A stretch of 64,000 nucleotides of DNA from a bacterium (GTDB lineage: Bacteria; Fidelibacterota; Fidelibacteria; Fidelibacterales; Fidelibacteraceae), in NCBI GenBank assembly GCA_963676395.1, contig OY781066.1:1664001-1728000 (forward strand), given 5' to 3'. The position numbers were made by a program, and so were the translations under genes. The notes under the pieces are model-generated. The model did no database searches, was not told where the DNA came from, and saw only the letters and a list, made by a program, of their open reading frames with translations. Shown here one piece after another: positions 49,188-58,918 of the stretch. Every line of letters begins with the position of its first letter. The first letter of the stretch is position 1.

Positions 49188-49358
49188 ATGAAAAAGATAA
49201 TTTCAGTCACTCTGTTGCTTCTTATGATTTTTATGCTTGAGTTCAATTGGTTAGAGGGGGTGCTCCCCGGAATCTATATCTGGGTGGAATCCATTCTTGC
49301 TATTGGAGTTATGATATCGTTGATTATGTGGAATGATCTGATTAAACGTAAATCATAA
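49188..49358 (+). CDS. Small 2-TM protein (56 aa), absent from the ORF track
   Basis: MKKIISVTLLLLMIFMLEFNWLEGVLPGIYIWVESILAIGVMISLIMWNDLIKRKS*; AAGGT RBS, 9 nt after the upstream stop. Confidence 0.7.
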   Translation: MKKIISVTLLLLMIFMLEFNWLEGVLPGIYIWVESILAIGVMISLIMWNDLIKRKS

Positions 49359-49434
49359 GAAGTAAATCTGATAATTTTAGATTTATTGGAAGACGTAGGG
49401 GAAACTTTTGAGTTTCCCTTATGTTTTTATTTGT

Positions 49435-49465
49435 AAAAAAAAGAGGCACGCTATAACGTACCTCT
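49435..49465 (-). terminator. Terminator after spmAB
   Basis: AGAGG.ACG...CGT.CCTCT stem with T8 on the minus strand. Confidence 0.65.
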
Positions 49466-49489
49466 GATATTTTGAATTAGAACGATTGT

Positions 49490-50098
49490 TTAACCAAATA
49501 CTGCGTGACAAACGATTACAGATGCGATCATACCTGCAAGATCGGCTGTTAAAGCTGCAGGTAAGGCGTGACGAGTTTGTCTAACATTGATCGACCCGAA
49601 GTATACGGCGAGAATGTAAAAGGTTGTCTCGGTTGAGCCCATCATAATTGAAACCAAGCGACCAATAAAGGAATCAGCTCCGTGAGTTTTAATCAATTCA
49701 GACATAATACCCAAAGCACCGGAACCTGACAAAGGTCTCATAAGAGCCATAGGGACCACTTCGCCGGGCATACCGATTTTAGATGTGATAGGAGAGAGTA
49801 TCCACGTAAGGATATCCATAGCACCTGATGAACGGAATACGGAGATAGCTAAAAAGATAGCTACAAGGAAGGGGATAATTCTCAATGCGACCTGGAAACC
49901 TTCTTTGGCACCTTCAGTGAATTCTTCGTAGACTTTTAATCCTTTGTTATAACCATAAATCGGAATCAAAACAATGATGGCGGGGATAGCGATCACGGAG
50001 ATTACATTCATAACTTGTGCAAAAGGAAAAAAGATGAAAAGAGCAACCACTACTGCAAGAGAAAGAATAAGGATAATACGATTTTTAGTTTTACTCAT
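49490..50098 (-). CDS. spmB: Spore maturation protein B-like (Gate domain) membrane protein
   Basis: VYEEFTEGAKEGF, RPLSGSGA, GSTETTFYILAVYFG; start MSKTK. Confidence 0.9.
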   Translation of the reverse strand: MSKTKNRIILILSLAVVVALFIFFPFAQVMNVISVIAIPAIIVLIPIYGYNKGLKVYEEFTEGAKEGFQVALRIIPFLVAIFLAISVFRSSGAMDILTWILSPITSKIGMPGEVVPMALMRPLSGSGALGIMSELIKTHGADSFIGRLVSIMMGSTETTFYILAVYFGSINVRQTRHALPAALTADLAGMIASVIVCHAVFG

Positions 50099-50768
50099 TG
50101 TCGGCCTCCTCAACACTATCAACATAATTTTCTACCTGAAATCGTGGAAGTCTCTGTAATACCTTGGATACAACGACTGCGACAGTTGTTGAAACAACGG
50201 TTGCAATAATAACCGGAGCAATGATTTCAGACGGGTTTGATGAACCCGCAGCGGTTCTGATACCGATAATGGTTGCGGGGATAATGGTAACCGATGAAGT
50301 ACTCATCGCCATATAGGTAACTTGGGCATTCGTTGCAATATCTTTATGCTTGTTGAGTTTTTGCATATCAGCAAAAGCTTTTAATCCTAAAGGTGTTGAG
50401 GCATTACCCAATCCCAACATGGTAGCTGATAATGCCATAATGATAGATCCCATAGCAGGATCTTCTGGGGGAATTTCAGGGAAGAGTCGAACCATAACAG
50501 GTTTTAAACCTCTGGCAAAAACATTAATTAAGCCGGATTTTTCGGCAATTCGCATAATGCCAAGCCATAAAGCCATGAGGCCAACAAGACCTAAAGCTAA
50601 TTCAACGGCAAATTTTGAATATTCGAATACTGAATTCGTAACCATTGCCAAAGGCTCGGGTGAAGCGAAAAAATAAATACCCAGGGGAGTGATTGTAATC
50701 CCCAAACAACGAATAGCTGCAACAACTACACCAATAATGATCATAGCTAGCCAAATTACATTTATCAT
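50091..50768 (-). CDS. spmA: Spore maturation protein A-like (Gate domain) membrane protein
   Basis: MINVIW, LWLGIMRIAEKSG, LFPEIP, MLGLGNASTPLGLKA. Confidence 0.9.
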   Translation of the reverse strand: MINVIWLAMIIIGVVVAAIRCLGITITPLGIYFFASPEPLAMVTNSVFEYSKFAVELALGLVGLMALWLGIMRIAEKSGLINVFARGLKPVMVRLFPEIPPEDPAMGSIIMALSATMLGLGNASTPLGLKAFADMQKLNKHKDIATNAQVTYMAMSTSSVTIIPATIIGIRTAAGSSNPSEIIAPVIIATVVSTTVAVVVSKVLQRLPRFQVENYVDSVEEADNE

Positions 50769-51005
50769 AAGCTCTCCTTAAACAAGCTGTTTAATATTGA
50801 TAAATAAAATACTTTTATCAGTCGAAAATGTAATGAAAAATGCTCGGATGAACAAAGGGTTATTGAGATAATATGTATCCTAAAGACTAGAATTGAAACC
50901 GAGTAAAGAAGCAATACATTTCATCTCTATTCGCTAGTTTTTATTCATTATTCTTTAGTCAAAATACCAAGAATGGTTTTGTTCTTTCCCCATAAAATAT
51001 ATTTA

Positions 51006-52217
51006 TTATGCTTCTCTACTTAACTTAAACTTTTGCACCCAGCGTTTTTTAAGAAAAACTTCAGGATTCCTATTGGTTAATCCCAGTTCTTCATATGCAG
51101 CGGAGTGAATAAGTTGCCGCCATTCAAAATAATTGGGATATTTATATGTACGATCGGGATGAACCGCATTGGTTAATAGGATTACATACACATCATTTTC
51201 AGCATCGATCCATAAAGATGTACCGGTGTAACCTGTATGGCCAAAGGAATGGGGTGAGATATAAATACCACCCGAACTTTCACCTTCCGGACTATCCCAG
51301 CCTAAGCATCGTGAAGAGCTTTCGCTAATTCTGGATGTGAAGAGTTTGATGGTCTCGGGTTGGAATATTCTTACACCTTCAAGTTCCCCTTTATGTAGCA
51401 TCATACGACAAAATAAACTTAAATCAGGCGCCGTCGAGAATAAACCGGCATGACCTGCAACTCCACCCAAGCTATGCGTATTCTCATCATGTACCCAACC
51501 ATGGATCAAAACATCACCTTCATACTCTGTGGGAACGATTCTGTTTAGTAAGTCAGGATTAGGATTATAATCGGTATCTTTCATGCCCAGTGGCGCAAAG
51601 ACATGCTTTTTTAAGTACTCATTTTGAGGCATGCCGGAGATCTTTTCTACGATCTTGCCCATTAACATTAGACCTATATCGGAATATTTTGTGCTATCGC
51701 CGGGTTTATAGTAGATTTTGCTGTCATAAACTGAATCCCATCTGGCTTCAACACTGCAGTCCATTTTGTAAAATAATCTAAAAGGTTCAAAACCGGCTGA
51801 GTGAGTTAACAGATGTTTAACCGTGATCTCTTTTTTTAATCTGGTGCTTTCGGGATCTGGACCTTTTAATTGAGGTAGATAAGTGATCACTTTATCATCA
51901 AGAGAAAGCTGTCCGCTTTCTACCAACTGCATCACGGCGGAGGTTGTACCAATTACCTTTGAAACAGATGCTAGATCAAATATATCATTTATTTTGGTTT
52001 TAACCTTCTGGTCATAGGTATGATAACCAACCGCTTTATGGAAAACTATTTCATCTCCATGGCCGATTATTAGTACTGCACCCGGCCATGCCGAATCGGC
52101 AACAGCGTCAGCTAAAATTGTTTCAAGTGAGGCATATTTGAGTCCTTTCGTTCCACAACTTGTAAAAAGTATGAGTACTAACAAAAATGTAATAAAAAGT
52201 GCAGATAGTTTTTTCAT
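51006..52217 (-). CDS. Beta-lactamase-family serine hydrolase, lipoprotein
   Basis: Lipobox FTSC, FDLASVSK, LLTHSAG, YSD, VHDEN, GHAGLFS, GHTGYTG. Confidence 0.9.
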   Translation of the reverse strand: MKKLSALFITFLLVLILFTSCGTKGLKYASLETILADAVADSAWPGAVLIIGHGDEIVFHKAVGYHTYDQKVKTKINDIFDLASVSKVIGTTSAVMQLVESGQLSLDDKVITYLPQLKGPDPESTRLKKEITVKHLLTHSAGFEPFRLFYKMDCSVEARWDSVYDSKIYYKPGDSTKYSDIGLMLMGKIVEKISGMPQNEYLKKHVFAPLGMKDTDYNPNPDLLNRIVPTEYEGDVLIHGWVHDENTHSLGGVAGHAGLFSTAPDLSLFCRMMLHKGELEGVRIFQPETIKLFTSRISESSSRCLGWDSPEGESSGGIYISPHSFGHTGYTGTSLWIDAENDVYVILLTNAVHPDRTYKYPNYFEWRQLIHSAAYEELGLTNRNPEVFLKKRWVQKFKLSREA

Positions 52218-52296
52218 GTTTAGTCCCGTTTTTTAATTGACGGATATTGCAAAAAAAAGTGTAAATTTCAAAGCTAAAATATTTATTGAGGTAAGA

Positions 52297-53304
52297 ATGA
52301 AAAATAATTTGCGAATTTCTATTTTGATCATGTTTGGATTCTTGCTTTTGTGCTCATGTTCAAGAGCACCTCTTATGACGATTTATGGTAAAACCATGGG
52401 GACGTGGTATACCGTTAAAGTACATGGTGTTAAAAATGATAATGATCGTGAGCGTTTACAATTAGCCATTGATATGGCACTCGAGAAGATCAATTTAAGT
52501 GTAAATACCTACAATCCTGATAGTGAGATTTCAAAATTTAATGCTTTATCAAAAGTAGATTCATTTTCTTTATCAAAAGATTTCATGCGTGTGGCAAGAA
52601 TCGCAAAAAAGGTATATGATGTTTCCGGGGGTGCTTTTGATCCAACTGTCAAAATTCTTGTAGATCTCTGGGGTTTTGGAGCCAAAGGTCTGGTCTGGCC
52701 TACTGATATCGATTTGAACGAAATACTGGAAAACGTTGGATATAATAAATGTACCTTGCTTGATAACGCTATTTTAAAAAAAGATCCTAATATACAGCTG
52801 GATTTTTCTGCCATCGCTAAGGGCTATGGTGTTGATTTGGTGCTAGAGGAGATCGCAGCATTGGGATATGATGATATTCTTGTGGAAATTGGTGGTGAGG
52901 TTCGTGTTTTAGGCAAGAATGGTACACGCACATGGAAGATTGGTATCGCAGTCCCCAGTGATGATAATATTGGGAATGTCAAAGCGAATGAGCGTCTTGA
53001 ACTACATGATATTGCCTGCGCAACATCAGGTGATTATCAGCAGTTTTATATTCAAGATGGGATTAGATATTCTCATTTAATAAATCCTAAGACCGGCTAT
53101 CCTATTCGACATGAAGTTACATCTGTAACCGTTATTGCTAAAAATTGCATGCTTGCCGATGCCTGTGCTACGGCAGCTATCGTTTTAGGTAAGGATAAGG
53201 GATTGGCTTTTATCGAATCAATGGAAGATGTTGAAGCATATTTTATTTATCGGGTAGGGGATGAATTGAAAACGATTCAGAGTCAGGGGTGGGAGAAGCA
53301 GTAG
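52297..53304 (+). CDS. apbE: FAD:protein FMN transferase
   Basis: Lipoprotein signal, TMGT, FDPTV, AIAKGYGVD, EIGGE, ATSGDY, SHLINPKTG, ADACAT. Confidence 0.93.
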   Translation: MKNNLRISILIMFGFLLLCSCSRAPLMTIYGKTMGTWYTVKVHGVKNDNDRERLQLAIDMALEKINLSVNTYNPDSEISKFNALSKVDSFSLSKDFMRVARIAKKVYDVSGGAFDPTVKILVDLWGFGAKGLVWPTDIDLNEILENVGYNKCTLLDNAILKKDPNIQLDFSAIAKGYGVDLVLEEIAALGYDDILVEIGGEVRVLGKNGTRTWKIGIAVPSDDNIGNVKANERLELHDIACATSGDYQQFYIQDGIRYSHLINPKTGYPIRHEVTSVTVIAKNCMLADACATAAIVLGKDKGLAFIESMEDVEAYFIYRVGDELKTIQSQGWEKQ

Positions 53305-53330
53305 ATAGTAAGTAGTAAGTAGTGAGTAGT
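53300..53330 (+). repeat. Short heptamer tract overlapping the apbE stop
   Basis: AGTAGAT AGTAAGT AGTAAGT AGTGAGT AGT. Confidence 0.65.
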
Positions 53331-53361
53331 ATACTACTTCTAAACGACTCAGTTTTACATC

Positions 53362-53898
53362 TTAAATATATTTCACAATCTCATCTATATTTTTTCGCTT
53401 TTTATCACGGATTCGGGTATGCCCCGAATAGCCAAGAGTAATGATAAGTACAGGCTTTTTAGGTGATTTAATGCCTAAAATTTTCATGATATTTTTAGTA
53501 CGAAACCATCCTAACATACATGTGCCAAGACCTTCCTCGGCAGCTTGAAGGCAAAAGTGTTCGGCGGCAATACCGATATCTATTAGATTGAATTGACGAT
53601 TTTTTAAAATACCACCAATAGCAATGTGCAAGGCAGGCTTCCAAGAATTTATAACGACTAAAACAGGTGCCGAAGGCACCCAACGATTAAATTTAATCAT
53701 AGGACCATAGGTTGCATGAGCAACCTTGTTTTTTAAATCCGTATCCTGTACAACAATGAATTCCCAAGGTTGAGAGTTTGATGCCGAGGGTGCAATATGT
53801 GCAGCTTTAATACAGCGTTCTATTTTTTCTTTTTCGACAGGTTTATCAAGATATTTCCTATCACTTTGACGAGTTTTTGCTAGATCTAAAAAATTCAT
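53362..53898 (-). CDS. Nitroreductase family protein
   Basis: RQSDRKY, APSASNSQPW, GLGTCMLG. Confidence 0.9.
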   Translation of the reverse strand: MNFLDLAKTRQSDRKYLDKPVEKEKIERCIKAAHIAPSASNSQPWEFIVVQDTDLKNKVAHATYGPMIKFNRWVPSAPVLVVINSWKPALHIAIGGILKNRQFNLIDIGIAAEHFCLQAAEEGLGTCMLGWFRTKNIMKILGIKSPKKPVLIITLGYSGHTRIRDKKRKNIDEIVKYI

Positions 53899-54317
53899 AA
53901 TTGAGCTTCTATTTCTTTCTTGTAAAGGGCTTTAAACTGTGCTTCGATTTCATCGCGTACCTCGCGGTATACGCGCATAACTTCAGCACTGCCGTGTGCC
54001 ATATACGGGTCGCGAAATGGCATATGTAAACGATTTCGCACTACACCACGAAAAACCGGACACATCTCATCGGCATAATCACAGACAGTGATAACATAAT
54101 CAAAGGAATCAGAAATATAGTAATCAACATGTTCCGGATAGTGTCCGCTAATGTCAATGCCTTTTTCTTTCATGACTTCAACAGCTTCCGGCATAACGCG
54201 AGAGGAGGGCGATACACCGGCAGAATAGACTTCCAAGTTATTGTTGAATGAATTTAGGAAGCCGTGAGCCATTTGGGAACGGCAAGAATTACCCGTGCAG
54301 ATTACAAGGATTTTCAT
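53895..54317 (-). CDS. arsC: Arsenate reductase (LMW-PTP family)
   Basis: CTGNSCRSQMA, ITVC, CP.F, F.DP. Confidence 0.9.
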   Translation of the reverse strand: MKILVICTGNSCRSQMAHGFLNSFNNNLEVYSAGVSPSSRVMPEAVEVMKEKGIDISGHYPEHVDYYISDSFDYVITVCDYADEMCPVFRGVVRNRLHMPFRDPYMAHGSAEVMRVYREVRDEIEAQFKALYKKEIEAQL

Positions 54318-54319
54318 AT

Positions 54320-55183
54320 TTAATCTTTCTTTTTTCGTCTGCTTTTAAAGAAGATCATGAGAGCAATGATCAAAATCCAAATTGGCCAATATGCGATAAA
54401 CCAGAAAAAGACTATGCCAATACCTGCAAGTCCATTATCTAACGATCTTAGGAATTTCGCGCCAAAACTTTCAGGTTTTTCGGGAATATAGCTTACAGGG
54501 ACTACCTGGTAGATGTTTATACTCACCTCGCTCATATCAACTTGATGGCTCAAATATTTTAATCGAGCTTCCTGAGATTCGATCTCTTCTTGAAGACGGC
54601 GGATCTTGTCTTCGACCGTCATAATATCTTTGACCGTATTGGCTTTTTGAAGTATCTCACGATAGCGGGTGAGAGCAAGATTCTTGGTCTCAAGACGAGA
54701 TTCAATATCTACGAATTGTTCAGTTACATCCTGCGAAGAAATGCTTTTATCTTCAAGTTTTCGAATTTTATCTTGATCCATCAGTGCATTGATGAAATTA
54801 TGAAAATGTTTTGAAGGGACTCTTAAGGTAAGCGACATGTATTTGCGGTTCCCCGAATCATATTGGCGTTCGTTTTGGACGAGGCCATCATATTCTTTCA
54901 AAGTACTGGATATAAGCGCCAGCGAAGAATCAAGATTGAAAACTTCATAGCGTAAATTTGCGTTTTTGATGACCTTTTGCTCGGTAGTTTGATCTTGCAT
55001 TATACTGTTGGAACCACCGGCTCGTTTACTCATCATAGGCGCGACATCCATCATTGCTGTTTCTTTAGCCATTTTGGAATGACCATCATAATAGTTTTCT
55101 TCGGTTAAAACTTCTCTGTTATTATCATTGCTGCATGATATTAGCAGGATGAGTGTGAATAATGCAAATATAACACGTTTCAT
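54320..55183 (-). CDS. DUF4349 domain lipoprotein
   Basis: Lipobox LISC, KVIKNA, LRVP, DVTEQFVD, coiled coil, C-terminal TM. Confidence 0.82.
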   Translation of the reverse strand: MKRVIFALFTLILLISCSNDNNREVLTEENYYDGHSKMAKETAMMDVAPMMSKRAGGSNSIMQDQTTEQKVIKNANLRYEVFNLDSSLALISSTLKEYDGLVQNERQYDSGNRKYMSLTLRVPSKHFHNFINALMDQDKIRKLEDKSISSQDVTEQFVDIESRLETKNLALTRYREILQKANTVKDIMTVEDKIRRLQEEIESQEARLKYLSHQVDMSEVSINIYQVVPVSYIPEKPESFGAKFLRSLDNGLAGIGIVFFWFIAYWPIWILIIALMIFFKSRRKKKD

Positions 55184-55194
55184 TTGATCCCTTT

Positions 55195-55626
55195 CTATTT
55201 AACTCCCGTTGATCCGAATCCACCTAAACCACGGTCAGATTCACCAAGTTTTTCAACTTCATATATTTCAGGATGTTTCGGTGTTTGAAAAATAAATTGA
55301 GCTATACGATCCCCCTCAGAAACTTGAAAATCTTCTTCTCCAAAATTTGCAAGAATAACGCCGATCTCGTTTCTATAACCGGCATCAACTGTGCCGGGAG
55401 CGTTCAAGCAAAAGATACCTTTTTTAAAAGCCAAGCCCGAACGAGAGCGAACTTGCAATTCCATTTCCTGAGGTAGTTCTACTGCTAAACCGGTTTTAAT
55501 CAGTGCCCATTTACCGGCGGGAATAATTTTTTCTTCGACAGATGTAACATCGTAGCCGGCATCATAAGCATGTTGTTGTGAAGGGATTATAGCTTTGGGG
55601 GATAGGCGCTTGAATTTAACTTTCAT
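55195..55626 (-). CDS. dut: dUTP diphosphatase
   Basis: AGYD, RSGLA, GTVDAGYR, GDRIAQ, RGLGGFGSTG. Confidence 0.96.
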   Translation of the reverse strand: MKVKFKRLSPKAIIPSQQHAYDAGYDVTSVEEKIIPAGKWALIKTGLAVELPQEMELQVRSRSGLAFKKGIFCLNAPGTVDAGYRNEIGVILANFGEEDFQVSEGDRIAQFIFQTPKHPEIYEVEKLGESDRGLGGFGSTGVK

Positions 55627-55701
55627 GACTTCTTTATTCCTTTATTTTTAAAGATTTTACTTGACTTTAACGTAATTTATCAAGATTATCATTACCGCGA
55701 T

Positions 55702-55785
55702 GCCGAGGTGGTGAAATTGGTAGACGCAGTGGACTCAAAATCCACCTGGCTTCGGTCAGTGCGGGTTCGATTCCCGCCCTCGGTA
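55702..55785 (+). tRNA. tRNA-Leu (CAA)
   Basis: GCCGAGG acceptor, GTGGA-CTCAAAA-TCCAC anticodon arm, long variable arm, GGTTCGATTCC. Confidence 0.95.
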
Positions 55786-55791
55786 CAAGCA

Positions 55792-55818
55792 AGGCTCCAG
55801 CGAAAGTTGGAGCTTTTT
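55792..55818 (+). terminator. Terminator after tRNA-Leu
   Basis: GCTCCAGC-GAAA-GTTGGAGC followed by T5. Confidence 0.85.
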
Positions 55819-55962
55819 GTATTCTGCTATTATATTTAATGGCAGTCACTGCAGGTTCATCCGATAAATTCAATGGTTAAAAATAGGGGAGGAGAGTGAG
55901 AAAAACAACATTTGCTTTTCAATAGCTTTGGGTTTAGGATCAAGGCTGTTGAAAATATATTT

Positions 55963-57480
55963 TTATAAGAAAATCAATGTAAATATAACACCAAGAATAC
56001 CCAATATTGCCAATAAGCCAACCATACGTCGTGGCATTTCTCCATTGTTGCTCATGGCTTTTCCAAACATGCCAAAGACTACCGGGTGGATTAAGAATGG
56101 CATGGCAAAGATAAAGGAAATAAGTCCGGCAGATTCAGCTCCAAACATGCCACCTTGGATAGAGGCAAAGAGTCCGAAATGCGAAATGGCAGATGAATTC
56201 GCCATGGCTGCATATTCCAGTTTCATACCCGACAAATGCAGTAAAATAAACCCACCAAATACGGCAATAAGCTGCCAACCAAGTGAAAAGAAGATCAGTC
56301 CTTTGATCTCTTTACTTTCTTCGTTATTGGATTTGCGTAAAGTCGTGAGTGCAAGGAAAGTTAATATAATGCCGGCAAGGACAATCAATAGAGAAGGTAC
56401 TATTAAAAGCTTCCCGCGGGTGGCACTCATGGCCAGAATCGTAAAGACGAATAAATGACCAAAGAATGGGATGTTGATCATGATCGGTGCTCGCTCTTTT
56501 GCTATATCTCCTAAATCACCGGCAGTACAAGCACCGGTGAGTCCGGAGTGCGATAAAGAACCTGCCATACCGGGTGCCAGGATATTGACTTTATTGACTT
56601 TTCCCAAAAAGACCAACAGTGCCATACCAACGAACATCCAGAAGAGCTGTCCGAAAAAACCAAAGGCCATAACCTGTAGCATGCCGTCCAATTCAAAGGC
56701 TGAGATCAATCTGGAACCACCGATAATAAAAACGGCTGCCAATACCATGGGGATACCGCCAAAAAGTAATGATCTAATGGTGGGGCCGGGTTTCCAGTCT
56801 GAGAATATCATTCCTAACCCACTTGAAAGCAACATAGCAAAAAAGATTTGTGGTAAAGCGATTACATCCTTTACCCATATTGAAATATAGTATGATAAAA
56901 CAAGTATACTCAGAATGGTAAGTATTTCAACAATACCCCGTCCGAGATATTTACGTCTATCGGCAATAATGGCTTTTCTGTCGATAAGGATAAGAGCTCC
57001 GGCAATACCAAAGAATGCGATCAGTGGATAATAAGTAGCAAGATCACCTGTGGTCTGTCCAATGATAATTCGCTTTATTCCTTCAATCCCAAGAAGAATA
57101 AAATAGGCTCTGATGATGAAAACAAACTGTGTGCCTTTAGTACCCAGCATGACTTCGCTATCATTGAGAGTTACATCATCTTTTCCGGGGAGTTTGGGTT
57201 TAAAGAATGTATTTCGGAGCTTTTGACCTCCAACAAAGAAAGTTGCCACAAGTGCTGTGATAGTTACAGCCGAGGCTAATCCTATCATAGGAAATTCTTT
57301 TAGTCCGGGTGTGCCAATTCTCGTGAGCTCAATAATGAGTCCCAGGGTAAGTCCAAAGATCACAATGATCAGAATAGGGGAATATTTACTCCCCGCCACG
57401 ACCGCTCTTGAGATAAGGATAACCGGTAGTAATAATAGTAAAGTCAGCCAAAAGTGGTTCAGGATCTCTAAGTTTGCCAT
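55963..57480 (-). CDS. Polytopic membrane protein, probable secondary transporter of unassigned family
   Basis: 505 aa, more than 12 hydrophobic segments, glycine-rich; AAGGAAG RBS. Confidence 0.65.
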   Translation of the reverse strand: MANLEILNHFWLTLLLLLPVILISRAVVAGSKYSPILIIVIFGLTLGLIIELTRIGTPGLKEFPMIGLASAVTITALVATFFVGGQKLRNTFFKPKLPGKDDVTLNDSEVMLGTKGTQFVFIIRAYFILLGIEGIKRIIIGQTTGDLATYYPLIAFFGIAGALILIDRKAIIADRRKYLGRGIVEILTILSILVLSYYISIWVKDVIALPQIFFAMLLSSGLGMIFSDWKPGPTIRSLLFGGIPMVLAAVFIIGGSRLISAFELDGMLQVMAFGFFGQLFWMFVGMALLVFLGKVNKVNILAPGMAGSLSHSGLTGACTAGDLGDIAKERAPIMINIPFFGHLFVFTILAMSATRGKLLIVPSLLIVLAGIILTFLALTTLRKSNNEESKEIKGLIFFSLGWQLIAVFGGFILLHLSGMKLEYAAMANSSAISHFGLFASIQGGMFGAESAGLISFIFAMPFLIHPVVFGMFGKAMSNNGEMPRRMVGLLAILGILGVIFTLIFL

Positions 57481-57823
57481 GATTTCACTTCCTTGCTTGT
57501 ATAAATTTACCTATGTCAAATTATTTTGCTTCGGTACTGTTACAGCTGCAATAATAAATGTGTCTTTTTCTTTTATTAATTGTTCATATTATTACATGTA
57601 AAATATAGTAATGCTTCGTTAAATACAATGAAATTAATGTACAGAGGTGCACTGGAAGGTTGTGGCCTTCTCTTATGCTTTGGAAATTGAACATAAAATC
57701 CAATGGCATAATAAATTATGATGGTAGGGGTTATTTTATAAGCATTTTATGATTAATGAACGGCAGCTCTCAAGTATTATTTATAACATTCGTGTAATTT
57801 TTTAAGAAATCACTTCCCAAAAT

Positions 57824-57847
57824 AAAACCCCCGTCAAGGACAGGGGT
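57824..57847 (-). terminator. Terminator after the M55 peptidase gene
   Basis: ACCCC.GTC-AAG-GAC.GGGGT with a T-run. Confidence 0.65.
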
Positions 57848-57877
57848 GAGTATTTTTATTACGTAGATAAAACTGAT

Positions 57878-58675
57878 TTATACACAGAACAGAATATATT
57901 TCATGACATCCATAATGGTATCTGCTTCAAATCTTATCGTGTAGGAGTCGATCAATTTGGCACCGGGATAAAATGATGCCTTGTAAGCGAGTGGATGTTT
58001 GGTGTAACGAGTATCCAGAATATAATGCTCAGGTAATTCCAGTGAGTAGGATTTTAGATCTTTTGCCAGCGCTTTTTCAACACCTGCTTTAATCGCGGGT
58101 ACAGTGAGTTTAGGATTATTACTGAGTGTTGAATTTCCCTCACCCTTAATAGTGGAAACTGTTACGATTTGAGGTTCCATTTTTGCAGATAGTTTACATA
58201 TCCCTTCATCTCCTGAGAGGAAGACGGATGGAACACCATGTGAACGTGCAACCAAAGAATGTATCATGAATTCGGAACATATTTCACCATTCAATGTCAT
58301 TTGATGGATTTTCACTGAGCTCATTGTATGCGACAGAGGATTTTCGTTAGATCCGGAGGGGGAGTGGTATCCTATAAAGGCAAGGGCATCAAAACTTTCA
58401 TCAATACCAAAAACCATAGAATAAGGGTGAGCCCAGTTCCGGATAAGTTTAACTTCTGTGGGCAAATCTTCTACACGTAAATTTCTACCGGAATCATGCG
58501 CATCTTTTACCACGATTTCTGTGGCTCCAGCTGCTAATGCACCTTCGCAGGCGGCGACAACTTCTTTGGTCATCTGTATGCGGAATTCTGAATAATCGGG
58601 ATTATTCTTGTTTGTCTCAGACCAATTGTTGATCCCGGTGACACCTTCAATGTCGGCGGATATGAAAAAACGCAT
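57878..58675 (-). CDS. dppA: M55 family D-aminopeptidase
   Basis: Start MRFFISADIEG; DAH, IGYH, LSHT, SGD. Confidence 0.9.
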   Translation of the reverse strand: MRFFISADIEGVTGINNWSETNKNNPDYSEFRIQMTKEVVAACEGALAAGATEIVVKDAHDSGRNLRVEDLPTEVKLIRNWAHPYSMVFGIDESFDALAFIGYHSPSGSNENPLSHTMSSVKIHQMTLNGEICSEFMIHSLVARSHGVPSVFLSGDEGICKLSAKMEPQIVTVSTIKGEGNSTLSNNPKLTVPAIKAGVEKALAKDLKSYSLELPEHYILDTRYTKHPLAYKASFYPGAKLIDSYTIRFEADTIMDVMKYILFCV

Positions 58676-58676
58676 A

Positions 58677-58835
58677 TTATGCTTCCTCACCGTCCTCAAC
58701 ATCCCGCAATTCCAACTCATCGTCAAAATCCAGATCAGGGTTCTTTAACAAGAATTTGTCCAAAAGAAATTTTGTGGCAATCCCCAGTCCTGTCATGACC
58801 AGCCCCGCAATGATCAACTTCTTTCCCGTTTTCAT
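58677..58835 (-). CDS. Small single-TM protein with acidic tail (52 aa), absent from the ORF track
   Basis: MKTGKKLIIAGLVMTGLGIATKFLLDKFLLKNPDLDFDDELELRDVEDGEEA*; GGAGG RBS; stop 1 nt before the dppA ATG. Confidence 0.75.
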   Translation of the reverse strand: MKTGKKLIIAGLVMTGLGIATKFLLDKFLLKNPDLDFDDELELRDVEDGEEA

Positions 58836-58918
58836 TTAAGCCTCCAGATTGTTTACCCTAATATACTAAAAGGTAGTAAATTCACAAAGTAAAACAGATT
58901 ATCGAATTAACATTTTTA

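Noticed and set aside
49490..50768. Sporulation capacity inferred from spmAB
   Set aside because: SpmA/B homologues are widespread in non-sporulating bacteria, and no other sporulation genes are present.
57640..57700. Lysine riboswitch-like AGAGGTGC
   Set aside because: The remaining conserved elements are absent, and it is on the opposite strand to the neighbouring genes.
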